From: Eledone cirrhosa
Lineage: Eukaryota
Reading direction: 5' to 3'
NCBI GenBank assembly: GCA_964016885.1
Contig: OZ024745.1
Location: 54,560,001 to 54,624,000, forward strand
DNA length: 64,000 nt
The position numbers and the translations under genes were made by a program. Every line of letters starts with the position of its first letter. Positions within the stretch are counted from its first letter, which is position 1. The notes under the pieces were generated by a model, which made no database searches, was not told the origin of the DNA, and saw only the letters and a program-made list of their open reading frames with translations. Shown piece after piece: positions 1-12,434 of this stretch.

Positions 1-377
1 ATCACCACTACAAACACAACCACCACCGACACAACCTTACTACTACCACCACAACAACCAACATATCAACAACAACACCATCAACAACAGCAATAAAAAC
101 ACCACCACAATGTCCGTCACCAATACTACTAATCGTACAATACTAAATTCACGGTCGATCCATGACAGAAGAGCGCTACATATTATTGCTAGCAAGAAAT
201 TTATGAGCGATGTGTGTTAGGTGTTATACTGGTCAAGTTGATCTAGACGGAATGGAATGTGAAGTTGTAATTTGATCTAAAAACGAATGTACTTAATGCG
301 CCACCCACTATCTAGTACATCATTAATTATATAGTCTGTCAAGGAGACTTAAACGCTTTGGTTATTGCGTTGAGAAG

Positions 378-429
<52 letters not shown>

Positions 430-446
430 ACATTTAACCCTCCCCC

Positions 447-519
<73 letters not shown>

Positions 520-524
<5 letters not shown>

Positions 525-728
525 AACGAGTAGGACCCCGACGGCTGAGCTCAAGCCGTTTCGACGGCTAATTCTGGACTAAAATGATTTTAGTCCAGAA
601 TCAGCCGTCGAGACGGCTTGAGCTCAGCCGTCGGGGTCCTACTCGATCCTATTACCCACTCTACTACCCTAAGTATCGAGTACTTTGGTGCGTTATGGTC
701 CACCTGGTTCCTTACCACATTTCCTTCG

Positions 729-731
<3 letters not shown>
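520..731 (+). mobile_element. Short (TA)n-embedded repeat, family A copy 1; fold-back palindrome 520-652 with half-hammerhead (probable Penelope-like element 3' end)
   Basis: Near-perfect palindrome centred on g586. Same sequence recurs at 43160, 45444 and 58060. The left arm (minus strand) reads GAAA-cggct..agccg-TC-ggggtc; the plus arm has GAGA. Flanked by (TA)n on both sides. Confidence 0.75.
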
Positions 732-760
<29 letters not shown>

Positions 761-765
<5 letters not shown>

Positions 766-1820
766 AATAATGGAGCTGCGGCGTTGCAAATGGGTTACAT
801 ATAAAAAAGGGGGGGAGTCCTTCATCAGTGACCCTCCAACCGTCCCAGGCATTTCATCGCTTTAAGGGCCATATACCTCAGGTTGGTGCGAACAACGGCT
901 AAAAAAAGTCGTTGGGACACGTAAATAAAGAGAACGTTAGGGTGAACAAACAAAATGGTTTAAGCAACAGAAAGTGAGAGGAAAGAGACAAGTCCCAGAT
1001 TTCTATGAATATAAACTCGATAAAATCGTGAACTACTAGAGAATAAAGACCATCGGACCTGGTTGAAATGTGAGTAAGGAAGGAATTTCTCACAGGCCTA
1101 ACGGGAGGAAGAAGAAGAAGGGGTCTGGTGTGCGAATTCGGTAAACATAAGTTTTGTGAAGACGCAGACGAGAGGGAGAGAAAAAAAATTCATACCGGCT
1201 TGGCCAAGAGTGCGCGAGAAAAGGAATCGGACAGGTCAAGCGGGAAGAAAGAGGAGTGGGGGAGAGGTAGTGACAGGGTATGAGTGAGTGAAAGTTGAGG
1301 AAGAGGCTAACAGAGAGAGAGACTGCTAGAAAGGGTAAAGATACAAAGAGAGAAACAGACGGGTGGCAGCAGAGGAAAAAATATGTGTAAATATGATAAT
1401 AATGGAGCTGCGGCGTTGCAAATGGGTTACATATAAAAAAGGGGGGGAGTCCTTCATCAGTGACCCTCCAACCGTCCCAGGCATTTCATCGCTTTAAGGG
1501 CCATATACCTCAGGTTGGTGCGAACAACGGCTAAAAAAAGTCGTTGGGACACGTAAATAAAGAGAACGTTAGGGTGAACAAACAAAATGGTTTAAGCAAC
1601 AGAAAGTGAGAGGAAAGAGACAAGTCCCAGATTTCTATGAATATAAACTCGATAAAATCGTGAACTACTAGAGAATAAAGACCATCGGACCTGGTTGAAA
1701 TGTGAGTAAGGAAGGAATTTCTCACAGGCCTAACGGGAGGAAGAAGAAGAAGGGGTCTGGTCTGCGAATTCGGTAAACATAAGTTTTGTGAAGACGCAGA
1801 CGAGAGGGAGAGAAAAAAAA
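761..1820 (-). mobile_element. Partial tandem duplication with 632-bp period (761-1392 plus 1393-1820); pseudo-LTR-like retroelement fragment
   Basis: Near-identical direct repeat (identical 64-aa ORFs at 899 and 1531); second copy truncated; flanked by (TA)n. The Penelope-like assignment and the strand are inferred from architecture. Confidence 0.6.
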
Positions 1821-1823
1821 AAA

Positions 1824-1865
<42 letters not shown>

Positions 1866-2152
1866 TTGTATATATGAGATATGTATAGCTGACTTACTAA
1901 CGTGCGTTTATATTAAACGCAGGTATTAGAGTAGTTTTGAAAAATGGATATTGCTGTTAAACCACATTTTCTTTCTTGTGTCGAGGAAAATAGGTAAACT
2001 ATTTCTGATAAAGTTGTAAAGAAAAAGAACAGTAACAAACATTCTGAAACTATACAGGTGGATTTGTTTTCTAATCACAGATTAAAATATGTTATTTATC
2101 ACAAAATCTATTATTCGTTTACTTGCATTGTGCCCTGTACTCCTATCTCCCG

Positions 2153-2154
2153 CT

Positions 2155-2201
<47 letters not shown>

Positions 2202-2260
2202 CTCTTTCCCTCTTCGCTTTTTTCTTCTTTTCTTTCTTGCTCTCTCTTTCTGTCTGTCTG
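2153..2260. repeat. (CTTT)n / CT-rich microsatellite
   Basis: Directly visible. Confidence 0.9.
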
Positions 2261-2983
2261 TATATATATATATACACCAACGCAAGCAGAAACACTACAA
2301 CATACACATTACTTTCTAGATCTGGAGTAATGGGAGTGTTCGTGACCATTGCAGTCCAGGAGCAGACAAATCAAATTGCATACATACTATGTAACTCAAT
2401 GCTAACTGAAATGAGTTCTAGAAACAGTGTATCCTCATACAGATGTAGTAATACAGTGACAAGTGAACAAAATAATTAGGGTTATTAAAAAAATTAATAC
2501 AACTAATAGCAAACAATCCATAAATCAAATCAATCAAAAAAAAATAATTATCAAATATATTGGTATATATCCGAAACTAGCCCTGGTTTCACCAATGACA
2601 AACTTCTAGTATTAGTTATGTAAATAAGTACATGTTCCATCAGTCAGATGTATAACAACCCGGAATTGGCATATGGATCTTCAGTTGACTTGTTCAGTAA
2701 ATAAAGCAGGAAAAATAGGATATTCTTTCAAGCACTAGACTCGCCGGTAGGAGTCAGCACAGATATGTGTCAGCCAGCGGCTTGAAAACACATAACTCTA
2801 ACCTCGCTACGTTTTCTAAAAGAATCGTGAAGTTAACAGAAATATTTACACGTGTCTTGAAAATAAGCTTTCGGTTAGAATTACTATTAGGAGTAAAATA
2901 TTCTAATAGGTTAACGAAATCACACTGCCACAAGATGCTTTACGCACCTATGGCATTGTAACACTGTTCCACACACTATCTTA

Positions 2984-3178
2984 CAGACCTATCAATTCCC
3001 CCAGCCCGATGGAGAGATTTACCACCCACTTTAGGATGGGTGAGATGTGTCTTTTCTTGTGAAAATGGGTGTAGCTTTCATTATGTAAAATCTTCCCATT
3101 TTGCTTCATTTCTCCCCGTTTTGGGGTATTTTTTCTCATGGTATTCCCCGCTCAGGTTTTTAGAGGTTTGCTGGTCTT
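2984..3178 (-). mobile_element. About 195-bp MITE (hAT-like termini), copy 1
   Basis: Reverse-complement match to 4114-4307; degenerate CAGAC...GTCT termini. Confidence 0.65.
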
Positions 3179-3585
3179 AATGTTAACTAATATATATAAC
3201 TAATGATTGTTTTCAACATAGAAATCGTTAGTTGTGACATTGAAACATTTTCCTGTGCGTCATTTATACTAGTTTTCACGCTGCATTTATTGTAACCATT
3301 CGGATATCACCAACACATATCTCTACATGTCAGAAATAATTTCTGTAACATTAATGTCCTTACCACCACTTGTTTTGAACCAATAAATTATGGCCTTTTT
3401 AACATACTACCTTACGCTCTCCTTTTCATTTTAACTTATTTTTATAGCATGTGGAATGTTTGGACGTATGTACGAACAAGAAACCGTTTGGTAAAACCTG
3501 AATAAGTCACACGATATACATGTTGACCGTAGTAGAAACATATCAATATTTAAAATGTTATATATATTGACAGAAGTAAAATAAT

Positions 3586-3772
3586 TGTTTCTACTTTTGG
3601 CACGAGGCCAGCAATTATCCAGTGCCTTACTGGTACTTTATTTTATCGACCCCGTAAGGATGAAAGGCAAAGTAAACCTCGGTGGGATTTGAACTCAGAA
3701 TGGCAAGGACCGTAACTCTATGTGTCAAAGCATGGCCTCCGACCCTCTACCGATACTGCCAATCCAGCGCCA
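3586..3772 (-). mobile_element. tRNA-derived SINE (Meta/MESC-domain-like core), full length with 20-bp TSD
   Basis: Minus strand has A-box-like tggcagtatcggtag, B-box gagttcaaatccc and core gcctttcatccttacggggtcgataaaataaagtaccag. TSD attgaca(g/a)aagtaaaataat at 3566-3585 and 3773-3792. Confidence 0.9.
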
Positions 3773-3959
3773 ATTGACAAAAGTAAAATAATATAAGTTG
3801 CTTTATAAACAAATTTCTGACAGCCGTAATGCTTGTCTTTACTCATACTATTTCGGAGTACTTTCGAAATGATGGTGTGATGTTCACAATATTATTACAG
3901 CTGATTAAGATTTAGTACTTAGCTCTCTCACCACTTATTGTTATTAAAGATTATGAAAG

Positions 3960-4350
3960 GGTGGTAGGTTGACAGTATTGTTAGAGCGCCCGAAAGTGCT
4001 TTGCGGAATTATCCCGGCTCCTAATGTTACCTGTTCAAATCTCTCCGAGTTCCCATTTACCTTTCATTTCATTGTGGTCAATAAATTAAAGTAGCAATCA
4101 AGTACTAGAGTTGCAGACTTGCCAACCTCTAAAAACCCAAACGGGGGGTACCATGAAAAAAGTGCCCTAAAACGGGAAGAAATGTGGCAAAATGGGGGGA
4201 TTTTACATAATGAAAGCTATACCCATTTTCACAAGAGAAGACATCTCTGACCCACCCCAAAGTGGCTGGCATATCGCGCCGTCGGAGGGGGAGAGTTTAC
4301 AAGTCTAATGTTGATATAATCCACTTTCTCCTCTCCTCCGAATTGCTAAT
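3960..4350 (+). mobile_element. Old diverged SINE interrupted by a MITE
   Basis: Degenerate B-box (tgttcaaatct) and core (cctttcat..gtcaataaattaaagta); tail resumes after 4307. Confidence 0.55.
4114..4307 (+). mobile_element. About 195-bp MITE, copy 2
   Basis: Termini cagacttgccaac...gtttacaagtcta; homologous to 2984-3178 in inverted orientation. Confidence 0.7.
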
Positions 4351-4449
4351 CGTTATTAAGGATTAAGATATGATATTGTTAACAAAAATCTTTTACTATA
4401 GCTTTAAAAAATAAACGAAAATATGTGTTGCTGACCATATAACTCTTTC

Positions 4450-5450
4450 GATGAAAAATTTATAAATAAATAGTTTTACATTGTTGTAAATGGAAACTGT
4501 GAGACTTATAAAGTTGCAGTTGCAGTCTATACTAACTACAAAACTAAATGCCGCTATTTGACCAGCTACAAGGAATTCTAAAAGCTGAAAGAGCAATGTT
4601 TTTAGACGAGCTAGAATTTAAAAATAATCTTTGGGCACACAGCATTCTATCTTCAAATACATGCATTAAACATCTCATATACAACTAATGAAGTGTGTAA
4701 GTAAATTGAAAAGAACGAGAAACGCCACATCAAAGGGAAATCGTTATATAGTGTACAAATACCACTACACGAATCTTAACGCAGAAAAAAAAGATTGTTG
4801 GAAAATATTAATTTATCATGGTCGACAGTTTCTGGCCCTCCTAAAAGGAATGGCTAATGATATCCAAATATTTTCGAATCATGCAACACGGATATATGTT
4901 TTATTCGATAATTATAGATGAGAGAGAGAGAGTATATAGTAAACGCTACACAATTGGATATATGTGTGCGTGAGTTAATGGCAAACTTCATGATACTAAA
5001 TTTTGTTGCTTTAAAATGTATGCATAGAATTTAAGAGGAAAATCTTTCCCTGAAATCAGCAAAAAGTAATGTTGATATGCTATATGAAAAACCTAAAAGC
5101 GTAGTTACGGATAATGTACGGTTTATGGTCGGATCTAAAAAGGACATGTTTTAATCAATACAGAATTGCAAAACCACAAACTGGAATCTAATACCTTAAT
5201 AGCGTGCCGTTGCTTTATTTAGTATCACGATTTAAGGGCATATTTTCTAATTATGAAATATTTGATGTAAATGGAAACAAATGTAAAGAAATATGGGATG
5301 CTATTTTATATGTAATGGCAGACAATGAGCACAATTACTTGCAACACGAGTCAATTCCTTTGCAGAGGGATAATACTTTGATAGCCTTTTTCAATAGAAT
5401 ACAGGTTTTAGAGTTGTACGTATTCTATGTATATATACAAACATATCCAA
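4450..5450 (+). mobile_element. Decayed hAT (SPIN/Buster-type) transposase remnant
   Basis: SVVTDNVRFMVGSKK (about 5098) resembles S..TDGA..M.G..KG; LIACRCFI resembles FHCIIH; ESIPLQRDNTLI resembles LNLxLQG.N.LI. Many stops and frameshifts. Confidence 0.5.
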
Positions 5451-5779
5451 GAATCATTTGCGTGCTAGAGTTACAGATATTAATTTTGCAAGCTAGAAAT
5501 CATAACTAAGCTAAAATAAAATAAAACACAAAGCAATCACTAACCTCTTTAGATCTTAACATAAGCATCGCTATTTAAGTCATTTAAGGCCACAAGATCT
5601 TATGTATATCTGTCCTCCGACAAAAGGAAAACATTCCTTAACATTTATTTAAGCTCGTAAAAAAGACCTGGCTCTTGAAAATCTTAACAATTACGTTCGT
5701 TATATACTAAGGCCAGAGCCGTCACACTAATCCAGTTTAAAAACCTCAACGCCGTTTGGGACAATAATTGTAACTATCC

Positions 5780-6270
5780 AAGTCTCTACCCATCGATTGG
5801 AGTAGTATGCATTCAACGTTTTACCGTTTCACCAAAGAACACAAACTTGGACCTAAGGATGAATTCCACTGACTCTAGCCTGCAAGCATCCATAGTAAAA
5901 AAATTGCTAGCTCCTTTATCCGATTATCTAGCCTATACATCAAATCTTTCTTTGATATGCCAACTGCGCTGAGGATTTTATTCAACTATTCCACCAGTTG
6001 GAACCAAGACAATTAACACAATAGATACACATTTAGAGTTAAGATCATATCTCTACACCTCTACACCTAATCTCGCAGCAACTAGCCTGCTGACTGAATT
6101 CCTTTTTTAATCCGAATTATACTACTTCGATCTTACCTGTGAAGATATCCCCCAAAATCTGTCCATCCTCATAGACAACATGTACGTACAAACCTTAGGT
6201 CTACCCCTGGTAACCAGGCTGTCGAGACAGTTTACCAGCAGTTACGTGGATGAGCTAAAGCGCAGAGGGT
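5780..6270 (+). mobile_element. Decayed Penelope-like RT fragment
   Basis: STFYRFTKEHK resembles FYGLPKIHK; MYVQTLGLPLVTRLS resembles YxQxxGxPMGSPLS. Confidence 0.45.
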
Positions 6271-9263
6271 TCCATATCACCCTAAAGCCACCACAATAGC
6301 TTATATAATATTTTGGATAAGCAACACATTACGGACATAGCTGGAAAGTCCTTTATCATAGAGCTGCTCGATTAGGAATGGGCGGATGTTATAAGATGAT
6401 AACAACTACGATGAGGACAACCATTACAATAAAAGTAAAAACAGATCAATGAGATAAGAATTTATGTGGTCACTCAACATGCGAGATATAACCTTCCTTT
6501 TACTGTATATTTCAATAAAAAATGACGGAAATTCATTGAACACTATAGCCCTAAATAAATCAGGCATTAAAAAGATAAGATGATCATGGCCAGAATTCCT
6601 TAATGAAAGCAGACCGGGGGGCTAAAGAATGGTCGCATCATTCCTACGTTTTTGAAAATGAAATGTTTTCCATATAACTATGCTGGTGAACGTATTTCTA
6701 ATATATATCGTTTTATTTGTGTAACAGATTTTTTTCGTTTAACCTGCAGCTAGATCAACATATATCAAAATAGCTTGGTAAAAACCAAGGCATTATAGAA
6801 ATAAATAAATAAATGAAGACTAAATCTAAACAAAAATTACAACAGCGATAAGAAAAATAACAAAAACCACTTAAGAGAAGCAAAACAATTCCAGTTTTTA
6901 TATTTGATTAGTAATCATTGATCAAGTGCTTTGGATTTACCAGCTTCAGCAGATTCATTTGGTGCTGTAGGCAACACTCATGTGATCAATTAAGCGAACT
7001 GAATATACAAAAAGCAACAACCAAAACAGGCACCTAATTTTCGGATGGTTCGATGTATTGGATGGCGACAGAACAATATTGTCGTGGTGCACACAAAATA
7101 TTAGAAACAGGAGAGTTAATAAATATACAAAACGAAAACATATGCTATAAAATCCAAACATAATAATAAAATTAGAAAGAAACAAAAAATATATAAACAT
7201 TAAACACATAAATAGTGAAAATACAAAGATAGGAAGATTCACCTAATGTAAGTAAGACAAATACGTTTAAACAAACTGAAAATAACAAACAGTAGCATAG
7301 CCACAGGATATTGACAAGAAGTATAATAGAACCAAGATCCAGAAAAACATATAAACACAAAATAATATATAATGAAAGGGATGAGATAACGAAAGAATTA
7401 TAGTTAATCTATCCAAGGAACCATGCAAAAATCTCCCAATGGGAAAATATAATTAAAGAAAATAATATAAACGTTATCCAGGACATACTAGAAAAAATAC
7501 GAATATTAAAATCAGAAAGCTGAAAAAGCATTTGCAGTTATCACACTGAAACATCGGTAGTTATCAAACAGTAAACTTCGATAACTGTCATATATAAGGA
7601 TGAAAGCCCACAAAAGATTTAATGGCATGGAAAAATGGCATATTTGAAATTATAGTAAGTAAGATATCAACAGAAACAACAGAAAAAATAACTTCTTTGA
7701 AACAATTAAGCTGCTATAAGAGAAAGAATTTTTATGGAAATACCAAGTAAATAGATAAGCAGAAATCCCTAAAGTTGTAGAATGACTGAAGTATAATTCA
7801 CTAAGGATTTGCAATAGATATGAGAAACAGTAATTATTTAAAGATCAAAATAATCACAAACCACAAAGAGAATTTAAAAATGGTTGCTTAAATGCGATGC
7901 AGAAGTAAAGAAAGTAACAATAATATAAGAAATAGCTTTATTTTTGTGAACAGTAATGGACGAAAATGAAGGATCGCAGAGAAGAATGTATAAAACAAAA
8001 CTTCCAAACAAACCACAGAATACAATAGGAGAGTCGCAGTTACAGTATAGCCATAATAAACTGTCAACACTTAAAGTACGCATTGTCGCAGACCAGCGGC
8101 TTGAATCTCTACCATATGTATTTAGCTAAATATTGAGCTTCTACATAGTCGCTCTACTCGATGAAAATAGAAAACATTCTTTAAAATTAAGCACTGAAAC
8201 CGTCTTAAAATGGACGATGTATGATTTTTTTTATCATAGGTCATTACTTTCTGAAAACATGCGTTAAAATAACATCATCAACAACAACATCAGCACTAAT
8301 AACAACAACAATGAGAACAACAGCAACAATGGCAGCAACAACAAAAACAACAAAAGTTAGAGCGTTATTTAAAATTCATGAAGAAAAACAACGTATGAAA
8401 TCCGCAATTGTGAAGTACTTGCAAAGATGAAAATATAATCTTACGGATTATTCGTTTCATTTGTAAAGAATTTAATTTAATATTTACGTATTTTCATATC
8501 TACAATATTATTACAATATATGTTATTTCTTAAAATCTGGTAAAGAATCCAAAACATTATAAGAACTAATATCAAGCATGGAGGCATTTAATACCAAATA
8601 TATAGAAGTTAATAACTCCATATATATATATATATATATATATAAATGATTCAGTGAGGATCATATCTGGCTAATTCCATAATGCCTGTTTTTATAAGTT
8701 TAAGAATATTTCATATGAATATTTACAGAATCCGTAAATAAATAAAACATTATCTTATCAGAAAACATAAGAAATTACATACGTTACGAAGTTCAAGATG
8801 TTATGATTTCACTAACAGGAAGAGGCAATGTGTGTGTGACAATTATACCGTGAAAATAAAATAAACTAGTGAAAATAAAAGCCGAATAACATAATATCCT
8901 AAAAACCGAGGACTAATGCGAATAGTTGGAATATATGTGACTTTGTTAAGGAATCCAAAGAAAATGTGCTGTTGTTAAACTGGGCATTGGAATAAGAACT
9001 GGGCATTGAAATAAGCTTACTAGTCAAGAACATTCACTATCCATCTGAAAGGAATCCTTCAAATCATTTCTGTGAAAAAAGTTGTGTCGATACGAAGCTA
9101 CAACAGAATACGCCTGCCTTTGGTGTTGAATGTCCTACTGGATTGAACGTGAAATCTTCTGACGCTGAACCAAACATCTTAATCCGATGAACACACATGC
9201 ACCCAATACATATTTAATAGACAACATAGATCAGATATACTAATCGTAAAATATATTCTCCAG

Positions 9264-9377
9264 TCGTCATGTATAACCTTTCCATTGAATATAGATCAAC
9301 ATTCTGAACGAGGCTCGTTGGTGTGGTGACTGGGGTGCAGTACTCCATCCTTTATGAACGTCATCTGTAAAAGACAT
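9264..9377 (+). pseudogene. CTL C-terminal exon remnant
   Basis: Acceptor ttctccag; SSCITF...ERGS/W...CSTPSFMNVICKRH fits the CTL end pattern C..GxW..C.....ICKR, with frameshifts. Confidence 0.55.
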
Positions 9378-9608
9378 TTATGGACGTGAAACTTTGACAA
9401 CCAGAATAATAAATGTTAATTTCAAATGCGTCCTAAATGACAAATGATATCTTTTGGTTTTGGTTTTCATTTACATTTTGAAGGTTGCCAAGTTGGATAA
9501 ATATACACTAACAGAACAAACGAATAGTAACTTTATCAACATTCATAAGATTTCACGAAGATAATGCATACATTCACCTATATACATATGCACGCACACA
9601 CACATATG

Positions 9609-9613
<5 letters not shown>

Positions 9614-9688
<75 letters not shown>
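9614..9688. repeat. (TA)n microsatellite
   Basis: Directly visible. Confidence 0.95.
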
Positions 9689-9691
<3 letters not shown>

Positions 9692-10161
9692 TGCATATAA
9701 AGCAAATATACATGAAAATCAATCAGGCACCTAACAATATTCTAACATGAGTATATTTATATAAACAAAAGGAACTCTACATCACAACAATGGTATAAAT
9801 AATAGTTTAACGCATGATATATATATGGAAGAGATTCTTAAAGATTCGGATGTTAGTCCTTCATCCGAAGATAAAAAGAGAGACGATATTTAGAGGAGAG
9901 AGAAAAAAGCAGATAGAAGAGAGTAAAAAGTGTAACGTGGGAAACGGGAGACAGGGGAAAACCCACGTGTATTTGTTAGTCAGCCAACACACTTACACAC
10001 TCACACACATTTACATTAATTGATAACACTTGAAACAGCGCTATCTGTCATTGTCAAAACGTACTAGCAACTCTGTGATATAAGCGCAGAGAAAAAAACA
10101 ATTTTCGCTAAGAAAAAGTATTGTTCTCCGATAGCGTGGCTACCCATATGTTTATTATATA

Positions 10162-11319
10162 CTAGCAGAGGTACCCGGCGTTGCTCGGGTATTAAATAGC
10201 AGTTATGTATACCATTTATGTCAATACATCAGTGCTGCTTTAAAAACTATACTTTTACAAAATCATCGGCTTTTTCCAAAAGGGTGTCCCTCCCCCAGGG
10301 GTCCCCTACTCAATATATGCCAATTCTGAGAGTTCACATTTATATGTAGAACAAACGTAGCCCATGTGTCAAGTTTTGTGAAAATCGGTTGCGAACTCCA
10401 GAAGTTATGACGTTTTGTTGCATTGCACCGCAGTGCTTCAGTCGACTACAAGGATAAAGGGGGTTATCTGCCGGGAGGCCCTATAAGGAATATCTGGAAA
10501 AATGAAAGTGCCCATGACAATCCAGAGTACATAAGTAACCTATGTATTAAGTTTGGTGAAAATACTGTAGAAATACATAAGGTTTACATACACACACGCG
10601 CGCGCGCGTGTTTGTGTGTTTGTGTGTGTGTATGTATTTGTGTGTGCGTATGTATATGTATGTGTATGTCCGTCGGCGCATACGTATGTACTGGCCTAAA
10701 TCTTCACTATTTACTTTTACTATTTTAAAGCAAAGTTAAAATCCCATCGAGGTTAACTTTGCCTTTTATCCTTACGTGTCGATAAAATAAAGCACCAGTA
10801 ATGTACTGGGTAATTGCTGGCCTTGTGCCAAAAGTAGAAACAACTATTTTAATAACCTCTGTCATTTTCGTTTACACTTTTATTTACATCATTCTTAAAC
10901 TCCGGGGCTGGAAATCATTCGGTTATTTTAAATAGAATATTTGTCTAACGACTCCATTTACACCATAAACTTGGTCTTTTTTTTTCATGAAATTGTTCTT
11001 CTCGGTCCACATAACGACGTATTATCCTCGCTTTTTTTCCGTTCATTACCAGGGAACGTCTTCACGAACCAAAATAAAGTCTTCCTGTTTTACTTCGGTT
11101 GCAACGTTTCTCGAAATATTTAATTCTGCATTTACAGATTGAATTTTTTAGTTTCAGAAGATCCCGTTAATGTTGAAAGCAGCGATTCTTTGCTTAAACT
11201 TTCTTTCTTTCTCAACCCTCTCCCTTTTTTCTCATACCCTCCCCCTCTGTTTCTCTCTCTCTCTCACTCATACCCCCTCTCTCTCTCTTCCTCTACAGAA
11301 TGGAGAACAATAAAGAACG

Positions 11320-11416
<97 letters not shown>

Positions 11417-12346
11417 TTGTGTGACCCAGCGTTCGTCGCCATTCTCTCTCTCTGTCTCTCTATCTGATTATCTTTACCTCTCTCTGTATAACGACCTATC
11501 TCACTCGCTCTCTCTCTACATCTCCCTTTCTATCTTTAGATGTATATGTTTATGTGTTTGTGTGATATATATATATAGAGAGAGTTGTAACATGTATGTA
11601 GTTTCATAGATTTTTGAGGGTAGTGAGAATGAAAATATAAACAGAGCATATAAATAAATTTACAGTAGAATAACATAACAAATATGTTTTATATATATAC
11701 ATAAATAACATTACAAATGCCTCGGTAACACTACAAAGGATGATAAAATGAAAGATATATTCCTTCAATGCTACAATATTAAAGAAAATGTAAAGGAAGG
11801 GGTGAACAACGGAGCCAACACCAGAGCAAAAGATAGCAACGTCGCGAGTACTGTGCAACCTCTCTAATGATTTTTGAAGCAAGCCAGCACACTCGCAGCG
11901 TTGCCTCGGGTGATGGCGAGGCTGATGCGCTGAAATATTGTTTTAAAAGACTTTTTAATGGAAATGAAGCAAAATGGAAGCTTAAAGTTGAAACTTCGAA
12001 CTCATGAATTTTGTAGGTTAACATTTTGCTGGCCCGAAAACTGTTCGCGTATTTTTGTACCTTTGCACGTTTATAGATAAACAAATGACGCCATAAAAGG
12101 GAAATAACTCGTCTCTCATCAATATTTATACATTTGAACTGAAAAATCAATATATTACAAATTCGATTTTTGCACTTGGCGTGTGTCGATTTGAAAATTT
12201 TTTTGACCGATGTCTCCGCCGGACCTTCATCTATAAGTGTAGCAATTTCACCGAAATTTGAACGTACGGTTTAGGAGGAGATGTGTGCCGACTGTTTTAG
12301 TAGATAGACAGACAGACAGACACACTCAGTTTTATATATATAGAGA
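10162..12346 (-). mobile_element. Non-autonomous Helitron (or two Helitron terminal fragments) with nested SINE and microsatellites
   Basis: Minus strand starts A|TC(tctatatatataaaactgagtgtgtctgtctgtc) at 12346 and ends with hairpin acccgagcaacgccgggt followed by ctgCTAG|T at 10162; A-T insertion context. Confidence 0.65.
10739..10846 (+). mobile_element. 5'-truncated SINE copy
   Basis: Core and tail (ggccttgtgccaaaagtagaaacaa) match the family. Confidence 0.85.
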
Positions 12347-12434
12347 TAAACGTATAATATACGTTTATATATGTTCTCATATACACCCCCATTATGCTTA
12401 AATGGTGTCTTAGCCATACAGCCAATTATATATA

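Noticed and set aside
810-890. Canonical hammerhead or SECIS in the 632-bp repeat
   Set aside because: Core words are present but the stems are incompatible, and there is no SECIS apical AA loop.
5204-5509. 101-aa ORF as a host exon
   Set aside because: Better explained as part of the decayed hAT transposase.
6465-6630. Old dispersed repeat (similar stretches near 14425, 16850, 34110, 48470)
   Set aside because: Similarity is visible but too diverged to delimit or classify.
6900-8090. A-rich plus-strand region resembling an old LINE ORF
   Set aside because: No diagnostic motif could be recovered by eye.
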